A stretch of DNA of 64,000 nt, taken from contig CM074820.1 in assembly GCA_037447605.1 (NCBI GenBank), positions 1,116,001 to 1,180,000 on the forward strand. The letters run 5' to 3'. Shown here in pieces: positions 1 through 10,113 of this stretch. The DNA comes from Zygnema circumcarinatum SAG 698-1b (taxonomy: Eukaryota; Plantae; Zygnematophyceae). The first letter of the stretch is position 1. Each line of letters begins with the position of its first letter. A program made the position numbers and the translations under genes. The notes beneath the pieces were generated by a model that made no database searches, was not told the DNA's origin, and saw only the letters and a program-made list of their open reading frames with translations.

Positions 1-298
1 CCTTCAAATTCCGAAAGGGAAAGTGAAAAATGCATACAGCGGCAGAGGACATGCAGAGCGGCTGATGGAAGATAATCACGGGAGGGTTTCGAAGTTGATA
101 TTCATCCAGACGGAGAGTTGAATTAAATGCCTCTCACAAAGGCATGGCACTGAAAAACGCAGCTATTAAACACAGACTGCAGAAGTTAAACCAAGTTATT
201 CCCCCCTTCCTGATTAAGTGCTTGTAATCTTGACCTCTTGAGTTGAAATATATAAACAAGTTGAAGCGTTGATTCCCAATATATTGAGAAGCACAAAC

Positions 299-701
299 CT
301 TGTTAGAAGAGTACTCGTCAGTTTTCTTGTTAGGAGCCTTCACAACTTTGCCTGCACTCCAAGGCCCACCCAAAAGCTCCCACATCATGTCCATAGCAAC
401 AGACCAAGGCTAAATCTGTAACGTTATTTGGTTGTACGATGTTTTCTGACCCTTATTGCTTTATTAAAGCACAACTTCTTATCGTAAGCTAAGTGCGAAT
501 AAGAACATAGGAGGCTCCCTCTATCAGCCAATCTTACAAAGAGCATGTGTAAAGGAAACTTTCCAGATAAACTGGAAAAACCAGGAACATTCAGACTATA
601 AGCAAAGACCAACCTTTCCGAATCTTGAGAAGTTTGCCATGGCGACTTGGGGCAGCCTGCTTCTTCTGCTGTCCTTTGAAAAGGGTACCCTTCTGGGTCA
701 T
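299..701 (-). CDS. Small basic protein, probably UPF0390/DUF2462 family; partial, remaining exon(s) probably lie left of the window
   Basis: Not in the ORF track. ATG at 701; exon 701..614 (GT donor) and exon 351..299 (AG/GT) splice in frame to MTQKGTLFKGQQKKQAAPSRHGKLLKIRK-GKVVKAPNKKTDEYSSNK. This resembles the N-terminus of conserved small lysine-rich plant proteins (family recalled, not searched). Confidence 0.6.
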
Positions 702-1399
702 TCCTAGCCTGGGCAGCCCGTAAAAGAACCCAATCAGAAAAGAAATTCTGGCACTGACAGAACCCACTTAAGTCTAAAATCAACTTCTGAAAATGTCAGC
801 AAAGCCTGATCTTGATCTTGCGGACCGAGATTTATATTTCTAATTCTATGCCTCATTCCTCCATAGCTACACTCGTCCTACGTAGACGCCCAATCACACT
901 CTCAGCGAGTGAGCTCCGCTACAAAGGCCTGAACGCTCAGTATGTCAGTCTGTTTATGCACTCTCCCTCCCTCCCTCTCCTCTCCCACTCCCTCACTCTC
1001 CTCTCTCTCTACAGTCGGAGGCTAACGCACTAGATCAGCATATGGGGAGGCCGTGTGTTAATTCCTACCAGCCTCACATACGTTTTTTTCCGTCCCTGCA
1101 GTACTAGCACCCCTGAAATTTGAAACCCTAAAGGTCATTTTCTCCTGGGAGGGGCCGAAACAAATCCCTTGCAAGGAGGCCGTACAGGGAGGGGTTCCAT
1201 GGTCCATGATTCCGTCATGGTTTCGTCGTGGTTGACGGAATCATGGACGAGTTCCATGAGGGCACGTTGGACGACGTGGCGCCGACGTGGCTGCCACGTC
1301 GGCGATTTGTGGAAAGCGGCAGGAGAGTTTCACAAAACGCGATGGCATTGTCCAATCGCGCAGCGCCACGTGGCCGGCAAGAATCAGTCGGCTTGGGGT

Positions 1400-2136
1400 T
1401 GGGTCTAGGGTCGAAGCCTTAGAGCTTAGGGTTAGGGTTTAGGGTTAGTTCTTAGGGTTTTGGGTTGAGAGCTTAGTGTCTGGGGGAGAGGGTTTAGGTT
1501 TTGGGGTTTTGGGTTCAGGGTTTAAGGTTCAAGGTTTAGGGCGTAGGGTTTGGGGTTAGGTTTTGAAGTATAGGTCTTAGGGGTTAGGAAGTAGAGTTCA
1601 GGGTTTGGTGTTTAGAGTTTAAGGCTTTGGGTTTAAGGTTCATGGCTTAGGGTTAGAAAAAGCTTAGGGTTTAGGATTTAGGATTTATAAGGTTTGGAGT
1701 TTGTATTAAGTTTGGACTATAGGGTTTATGGTTTGGGGTTTAGAGTGGGTTTGAAGATTACGTTTTAGGATTTGAGGTTTGGGGTTCAGGTTAAAGTTTT
1801 AGGTTTGAGGGCTTAGTGATTAGGGTTTGGAATTTAGGGTTGAGGGTTTAGGGCTTAGAGCTAAGGTTAAGTTTTTAAAATTACGGTTGGGGTTTAGGGT
1901 TTAGGCTTTAGGATTTCGTGTATATTGTTTCAAGGCTCACGGTCTAGGGTTTAGGATTGAGGTTTACAGTTTAGGGCTTAGGGTTTTAGGGTTTACAGTT
2001 AGGGTTTAAGGTTTAGAGTTTAGAGTTTATGGTTCAGGGCTTAGGGTTTAGTGTTTGGAGTTTGGGGTTTGATGTTTAGACTTGGGGTTGGATTTCGGAT
2101 TTATGGTTTAGGGTTTAGGGTTTAGTGTTCAGGCCT
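1400..2136 (+). repeat. Interstitial degenerate telomere-like array, (TTTAGGG)n with variants
   Basis: About 740 bp of TTTAGGG/TTAGGG units and variants (TTCAGGG, TTTGGGG, CTTAGGG, TTTAAGG, TTTAGAG); G-rich strand on +. Confidence 0.9.
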
Positions 2137-2736
2137 AGGGTGCGTTTCCATGGTCCAACTTCGTCAATTTGGTTGAATGAAGAAGTTGGAAACTGAGGCG
2201 GAGAGTTTTCAAACCTCCGAAACGAAATATTTTTATTCAACTTCGTTCAACCAGCTGAATATCAACCGTCCGCACGTGCCAGCCGGTTGCATCCTGAAGG
2301 ACGCCGCTTCGCGCAGCTACCGCTAACGAGAAACCGCCACGTGGCGTCCACGTGGCACCTTGCGAACCACGAATGTCAGTGTCAGCCTGGCACGCACCTC
2401 TCTCTCTCCGGCAGACGCCGCCCAGTCTCTCCTCACCGCGAATTCGTTCAAGCGAAGTCCTAAACCCTAAACCTTGCGGGCTTCACGAATGGGCGGACAG
2501 CGTGGAAAGAGAGGAGGTTTGGGGTGCCTCGTGTCGATATTCGTTTATAATTTGAATTTCGTTCATCCCTTTTTTGTATTCGGGTACGAAGGCGAGACCC
2601 GAATTATTTTAATTCAACTTGCCCACGTCGCCAACTCGTTCAACCGTCCGCAGGTGCAAAAACACGTCAGCAAAGTTGAACCACGTCATCATCCGTGCAA
2701 CCAGTTGAACGAGGCTTTACGATGGAAACGCACCCT
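2137..2736. mobile_element. MITE-like non-autonomous DNA transposon, ~600 bp
   Basis: Perfect 15-bp terminal inverted repeat AGGGTGCGTTTCCAT (2137..2151) / ATGGAAACGCACCCT (2722..2736); no coding capacity; TSD not clean. Confidence 0.6.
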
Positions 2737-2820
2737 GTGACCCTCGCCATTTGGGATGGCAAAAAGTCCGTATAAGGGACTTTTAGAGTTGTCAGATTTC
2801 AGTATTACAACGTTCTAAGT

Positions 2821-2997
2821 TCAGGTTTTTAGAACACTTTTAGAACGGCTGTACGACCGTTGAAATTGAACAGCATGTACGGCTGTACGGCTGTCATTTC
2901 AATTTTAGGTTTTGGCGTTGCGAATGGCGCTGGTCCCTCAGAGAGGCTACCGTACGACCATACGATTATTCTAAAAGTGTTTTATAAAACGGCCTGA
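2821..2997. repeat. Imperfect foldback (inverted repeat) upstream of TAF4
   Basis: 13-bp perfect inverted repeat AACACTTTTAGAA (2833..2845) / TTCTAAAAGTGTT (2969..2981), with imperfect outward extension (TCAGG at 2821 / CCTGA near 2997). Confidence 0.45.
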
Positions 2998-3366
2998 CTC
3001 TTACAACCTAAAACCTTTTGATTTCTAAAAACACGACACTGCTATTGCGTTCTAATGTCCATCCCTGGTCGCCATACAGTACTGTACAGAGAAGATTGTC
3101 CCGTACCGTACGGCATGTACGAACTGTACGGATAGAGCTGAACCCCCCCTCCGCTCCCTTTAAAGGGCGCCAACAGCTCGGAGCGGTGAAGGCACGTGTC
3201 ACCTCGGGGGGGGGGGGGGGAAGGGGAAAGCCATGGCTGCCGAGAGAGTGCAGGAGATCAGGAGGGGAGGGGGGCCGGGCTGCTGCTGCTGCTGCTACTT
3301 CTGTGACACCTATAGGGGGGAGTGAAGCAGGGAAGCGGAGGGCTGGTTGGAGGGCGGCGGGGAAGG

Positions 3367-6300
3367 ATGGACCTCCTCAAGTCGCTCCTCGACGAGGTAT
3401 TTTGGTTGACAGTTGGCGGTTCATGGTTCATGGAAGGTAGTGTGAGTTAGCGAATAGGAAGTGGTGCAGGAGTAGGAATTATGGATTGTTTTGCACTGCT
3501 GCGAGGTGCTTGAAACGGATGCTGGCGTCGAAACATCAAGGACGTTCTGTTCAATGTCGAGTCAGTTTGTTTGGTCATTAGCACAATGGTGCCTCTCTCC
3601 GGCGAAACGATGAAGACTTGAATGTAGGAGAAGAAGTGAAGTAAGTGTTTGGGCAAACAGGGCGCATGATTTTTTCATCAGAGCCACGGTGGTAGGCAGA
3701 GAGCATCGCTGCAAGTATTTCTCAGGAACATTTCGAATGAATCGTAGAGAAAGTGTTGATAGGGCGTACTTAATTCTGAAGGCAACCAAGTGCTGGGGAT
3801 AGTGCCGAGAGTAGAGGCGGAGCACAAGGCAGAGCTGCATGGGAACTGCTGCAGTGCTCATAAAGGCAGCGGAAGTTAAGAGAGAGAAATGATAGGATAG
3901 CGAGAGAGAGGGGAGGTAGGGTAAAGCAATTTCAAACAACAAAACAAAACAAACAACAACACAGCAAAAGCAAAAAAGTAAACGCACAGCACAGCAAAAG
4001 TTTGGCGAGACGGGATGAGTAAGGAACTTCAAACTGATATAGGAGGATTATTGTTGTTGGTTATGAGAGTTCGAGGCCATACCATAAGGGAGAAGTGAGA
4101 AGCTGAGGAGGAAGGAAAGGCGGGAGCTTAGCAAGGCAGGGAAGGGAGGCGATAGAGAGCCAAGACTGCAGAAAGCGCAGGGCTCGGTAATCAAGCCTGA
4201 ATCATATAGACTGCGGAGTTCTTCCAGAGTAGTGGCCACAGTGTTGATGGTTAAATTCATGGGTGGGACTGGCAAGAGGAAATTGGAACAAGCGGGCGGT
4301 ATAGCCCGAGAGGGAAAATGTTTAAAAACTGTATATCATGTCAGTTAGCCGGCTGACAAAGCAGTGACAGAAGGAAGAAAATGCAGAGAGGGAAGAGGAA
4401 ATATTTTGCTGTTAACATGCTGGTCCATAAGGCCAAGATTGTAGAAGCCATTCTTAAAGGAATAGTGTTGAAACAATTGAGAATACCACAAAAGAGAGAG
4501 AGGGAGCAAGCAGTAGGCAGCAGGCAGACTCGCATGGGAGTTGGCCGAAGCACAGTAAGACTAAGAATACTAGTTTAACGTCAGAAGGGTGTGTGCCGCA
4601 GGTAGTCAGGAATAAGAGAGGCGTCGTAGTAGCCAGAGACCGCGGAAGTAGGGGGCAGACTGACGCGAAATGTCTGCTTGATCCAAGCAAATTCTTGTCC
4701 CTTAAATTACACATCACGAAGGATTCGAAAGCAATTGGGAGGTTAGGGCATAGTGAGGATAGGTATTGCAGGATAGAGGTCGCAGAGGAGGTGAGCTAAG
4801 TAAGCCAGGGTCCAAGGCTGCGTTGGAAGAGTTTCTGTTTGTACCCATGCGGGTCTATGTCTGTGAGATGCTCTATGCCAACCGCTCAAATCTTCCTCAC
4901 TGTCGAGTTCCTGCCTGCCATATGTTTGGTGTTGTAAGGTTTTTACTCTCTGGGTATTTTGGTCTTTCCTCGTGTGCAGGAGGAGCCCACACCTACCCAT
5001 TCCTCCCAGCGTGTGGAGGACCTGGTGGCTTCCCTCAGCCGCGATCTGGGAACAGCGCCTGCTCCCTTGCCTGCAGGAGGGTTGAATTCAATGGTGTCGA
5101 ACACTACCACAGCATACGGCCATCCTATGTCAATGCCTACCAGTAACGGCATTCCTCATGTTCCCCGAGCAATGGTTCCCTCAAGCCAGATGGGCGTTCC
5201 CGCGATGGATCAGGCTATGGGCATTCCACAGATGAGGATATCTGCAGGGACTCCGGCATCCGGTAGAGGCATATCTTACTTTCCCCTTCATTTAGATGTT
5301 TGCCTCTCCCTTTCCTTCAAACCCGAACTCTCCTCTCTTCACACGGTAATGTGATTCTTGAAATTCCTGCCACATCAAGTACTTTTCTTCCGCTTTCTGT
5401 CAGGTATTGCTGCAATGCCTGGGGGGCCTCGAAACATGATGGGCTCCCCTATGGGTGGTACAACTCAAGGGTGGGCTGCCCACCCATCCGCCATGGCTAC
5501 CATGCTGCAGCAGCCTCAACCAGGAGCATATCAGTGGGCCCCTCAGCAGATGAGGCAGCCATTGCCGTCCGCTGCTCCCTCTCGGGCACAACGGCCATCA
5601 GGAGGTGGGGGAGGTGGAGGGCAACCTGCATCCATCTCCCTATTGCATTTGCTACCTGCTCTACGAATGCGACTTGCACCTGACCAGTACAAGCAGGTGG
5701 AGGAGGCTGCGCATCGGTGGAGGGTGAGTTAGGATTGAACGAGAGACTGGGCGGACCGCTAACGAGAAAATCGTGGACGTCGGTAGGAGATGAGAGTGGA
5801 TTAATCTTAGCAAGTTGTTCAGACATCTGGTATTCCATGTTGAAATCTTTTACTTTTTTTAAGGCTTAGGAGGGTGTCATCTAAGTTTCTGGAATGAAGC
5901 AGAAGGTAGCAAGTTTCTTCTCGATGGTAGATAATTTCGCAGTCATCTTCTGCTAGTCCGTTCCCTCGAACATGATTTGCGGTGTACTGATTCAGGTGGT
6001 TGCAAAATGGAGGCTCGGCTGTCTCACGGATGGATGTTCACATGTCCCTTTTAGGGGCGAGGGGGCAGACGGGAAGTTTGCGGAAGGATGAGTTCTTCTC
6101 CCAACTGAGGCAGATATGCGGTCAAGTGCTCGTGGAGGTGATTGCACAGCTCAAGGTGAGGTTCACATGCTCGAGAGTTTCCTGTTAGGGTCTTCCTATA
6201 TAACTTTGAAATCCCGAACACTGATTCCTTTGTCCTTATAGCTGGCAAACATGTTGCAGCAACAAATTGTCTACTTGGTCATTCCTGATTGTCCTACTGC

Positions 6301-8965
6301 TTGATTTGTGAATAAAAACATTCATGCAGAAGGAGGGAGCCACAAAATCCGCAGATGGAAGGCTCCGTAAAGCACGTGACGATGCCGTAAGGTCTGGTAT
6401 GATGCGGGCAGAGATAGGGACTGATGAAGCACAGATGGGTAGCCGAATACCAATTATGAAGCCTGAGCAAGCAGAGGGAGAAGCAGTTACTTCAGCCTCT
6501 CTAACAAATGGAGGGAGCAGGCCTTCTACTCCCGGTATACCGCAACAGGTCTCTCAACAACCTTCCCGGCCCTCACAAGCAATGCCTTTCCAACAGCAGT
6601 CACAGGTCACCACTGCTCAGCCGACTTCAAAGCCATGGCCGGCAGAGTCATCAGCTCCGCAACCTCACCCAGGCCTTCAAATCAAGAAGGAAGGAGGTAA
6701 GTTTACCATATCCCCTTACTACAAAACTTCTACAAGTCTGGTCTCTCTCCGCCTGTTGGCATCAAGTTAGAAAGTTGTGGAGTGCAATTGGAGTTATTGA
6801 CATTCCATTTCGAATTTGGGAGGGTCACAGCAGATCAGCCACAAGTGCAGGTATGGGGCGGCGATCAGACGATGCAGTCGGTGGGGAGTGGAGGGCGAAA
6901 TTATCTTCTTCAGCAGCAGGAGGAGGGGGGTTTGCAGGGACAGCAGGGCGTGTCAGTTGATGCGAAAGCAAAGTTGCAAACGCAGTCACGTCCCAAAAAG
7001 GGTAAGGCTGGGCAGGGCTCACCTCCGAGAACTGCTTCCTCCCTTCTGCAAAAAGAAGGAGATGCCAAGGTTGACCTAGGGGGAACATATTTCGGGAATG
7101 CTCAAGGTGGTGTGTTGTCCTCAGGTGTGGGAGAGCAGGCGGTAGGGAGCATGGGAGGGGATGAACAGTCTTTAGGGTTGATACCAGGGCTAGAGGGAGA
7201 GAGGAAGAGGATGTCATCAAATGAGGGGTCAGAACCGCCGGGAAAGAGGATGAAGGTTGGAGAAGAGGCAAATGTATCTTCCTTAGTTACTCAAAATGGA
7301 GGCTATGCTGCAAACAACAGCTTAGGAACGGGCTTAGGAGGCTTGGGAATGCAAGGAATGGACGCGGGTACATCTCCTGCAGCATTAGGGAGAGGTGGGG
7401 CAATCCCCCTCACCAGCAATAGTACACCGTTAGCTGGGTTTTCTTCAAGGCCTGCTTTCCCTGCACTGCCTACAGGGTTCTCCGCTTCCTCCATGGCTAA
7501 CCAGGGAGGAAACCGACATACAACACAAGGAACTATAGGGTCTCGGCCTGGGATGTCTCCCAGTGGTCTTGCAGTTACTCCTATGACAGGCATGATGCAA
7601 TCTGGAATCTCATCTACTCGCTCATCTACTCCCCCTCTCCCAAGCCCTGCAGCTTTTCCTAGTCAGGCTATGGGCTCTGCTGCTGCCTATGCATCGTCTC
7701 CCGCAGGAGCAGGTAGAGGACTGCCCGTGAAAGGGGCTAAAACCAAGCCTTTGGTAGGTGTAGGTTCTGGAGGGTTTCCCTCTGCATCTATGCCTGCTAC
7801 TACTGGGGTTGTAGCTGTAGCATCTCCTCCTGCAGGAGCAGTGGGAGGCTCAGTATTCGCCGGTTCACAGTTAAAGAGGCCTTCAGATGTGCATGCAATA
7901 GGGCAGGCAACGGCTAAGAAGTCGAAACCTGGAGAGGGGGAGAGCATTGAGCAGTTGAATGATGTTACTGCGGTGAGTGGAGTGAACTTGAGGGAGGAAG
8001 AGGAAAGGCTACAAGCCCTCCCAGCAGCACCGAGATCTGAGGCAGAGAGACGGCAAGCTCGGGAGGAGGAAAGGTTGTTTCTTGAAGTCGGACCCCTGCG
8101 AGCGAAAGTAGCAGCTGCCGCAGCAAAGGTTGGAATTCGAAGTAGCGAAGATGCGTTAAAATGTCTCTCTGCAGCGGCAGAGGAGAGGTTACGAGTGCTT
8201 CTTGGAGAGATGTTGAAACTGGCAAAGCAGAGGATGGATTTGGGCAGAATGGGGCATAGGGTGGTGAGCTCAAGCACTGTGTTGCAGCAACTTCGACGGA
8301 TTGAGAAACGTGAACGGGAAGCTTTACAGCAGCGGAAGGCTGAAGAAGCAGAGAGGTTGCGGAAGCTGGGAGAGAAGGAGCGGAAGGAGAAGGGAGGTGC
8401 CCTTGGAGAGGCACAGAAGGAAGAGATGAGAGCGAAGGCACAGAAAGCGAAGGAGTTGGAGGAGGACAAACAGAGGGCAAAATCGGCAAATGAAGCAGCG
8501 AAAGCAGCAGTTGGGCTTGATCCCCGGTATGCAAAATGGATGAGAGAGGCGGAGATGAAAAAGCTCGCTGCAGAAAAAGCTGCTCAGCAGCAGTTGCCTC
8601 CACCTACAGCTGCAGCAGCTGCAAAGGCAGCAACAGCAGCAGAGGGCCGGGAAGATAGCATGGGGAATGGGGGGGCTGGGGGAGGGGAGTATGAGGGGGG
8701 AGGGGAGTATGACATGGGTTTGGGGGGAAAAGGGTCGTTCGGCAAGGGAGGGGGTTTTGGAAAGAGGCATGGATTGGGCACTCCTGGAAAGAGGAAGGAG
8801 GTCAGTATTGGGCTGAAGGACGTGATTGCCGTGCTTGAAAGGGAGCCGCAGATGTGTAAATCGGATCTACTATATAAGCTATATGAGAAGGAGCGGAAAG
8901 AGGAGCCTGACGGAGGAGACAAGGGCTCTGCAGGTCCTAGATTTGGGGCGTACAGAAGACACTAA
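3367..8965 (+). CDS. TAF4: Transcription initiation factor TFIID subunit 4 (plant type, RST + TAF4 domains), multi-exon
   Basis: Exon 3367..3396 (MDLLKSLLDE) splices to 4980 (EEPTPTHSSQRVEDLVASLSRDLG), matching the plant TAF4 N-terminus. RST-like segment LLHLLPALRMRLAPDQY...LRKDEFFSQLRQICGQVL. TAF4 domain IEQLNDVTAVSGVNLREEEE and C-terminal DVIAVLEREPQMCKSDLLYKLYE; stop at 8965. Confidence 0.92.
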
Positions 8966-10113
8966 AGGACGGGAAAATGGTGGACGATGAGTAAAAATAT
9001 TTTAGACATTCGTGTTAATTTTGGAGATTGTGGTGTGCAGTTGGGCGGGTGACACGTGAATATGAGTTTGTTAACGGCAACAGCTAACATATGGAACTAT
9101 CAAGCAGCAAGATGCGGTGTTGATTGGGACACCTGCTTGAGTTGTAAGGCGGACATGTTTGGTATTAGGGTAGAAGAAAGGCGAGCCTTATGCCATTTGC
9201 CCCATTGTGCTATTCAGTCTTTGGTCGCGTGTCATGGGCTGAACATGATTGCTTCATGTGCCGCCTTTTGGCAGAAGTCTTCTCAGAAGCCGTTCTCCAT
9301 GGCTTGATAGCTGTCTCAATTCGCCTTTGTAAGGAATGCGACCAGGAGCAAACATGTAAACTTTCCTCATTCTGATGAAAATGGCAAAAAAACAGGAATG
9401 ATGAAGCAGTAAGGAATGGCACCACTCGAGACAGGGGTCGATTTCATGCTCAATCGTAGTCCACTTTGTTGACCTTCGCCATGCTGGTTAGCTACTCGGT
9501 TCAAATTCAAACTTTCACTCAGCTCGTGAAGGCGAGTGGCGATTCCACGGTGGCACATGCACAGCGTCGTAAGAATAATCTGCGAACGGGTTTCCTTCTA
9601 ACGGCGCGCATGTACCTCTGTCACGTCACGCTCCTCGCCCTCCTAGAACCTTCGAGAGCGACCTCCGCCGACGTACGGACGGGCCCTCTCCGCAACCGGG
9701 GATTGACACGTGGTACACTCTCATTGGCCGCTCGTCCCTGATGTTAAGTTGCGCCATACGAGGAACGGCCATAATGACGTCACCATCTACGTCATATAGT
9801 TACGTCACAAGAAATCGTCACGTCACGCGTCGCCTCGCAAAGCTCGCGTCCCTTGGTCCCTACGCTGCGTCGGCGCGCGCTGGTAGCCGCAAGTGTCTTC
9901 CAATGGAGGGATGCCACGTGTTCAAATTGCCTACATGGCGAGTGGGCATTGGTTGCTGCTCGGCTCTACAAATAGCAAAGTTTGCGCAGTGGCGAAAGAT
10001 GGTCACTTGCAAAACTCTTTCCTCTCTCTCCTCTCTCTCTCTCTTTCCCTCTCTCTCGCTCTCTTTCTCTCTCTCTCTCTCTGTTGGCCGCCTGCAAGGG
10101 CTTCTCGGAAGCC

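Noticed and set aside
1400-2136. Possible true chromosome end
   Set aside because: The array is highly degenerate and flanked by genes on both sides, including >60 kb on the side its G-strand points towards.
3397-4979. snoRNA or nested gene in the 1.6-kb purine-rich first intron of TAF4
   Set aside because: I found no convincing C/D box pair with terminal stem and no recognisable protein motifs; the minus-strand ORFs are compositionally biased.
7687-8922. Antisense ORFs of up to 260 aa opposite TAF4
   Set aside because: Shadow frames of a real coding exon, with no independent motifs.
10021-10082. CT-rich tract before the FZ-like ATG (and the GA/CT tract at RPB8) as a novel element
   Set aside because: CT/GA-rich leaders (Y-patch, GAGA elements) are ordinary in plant promoters and 5'UTRs.
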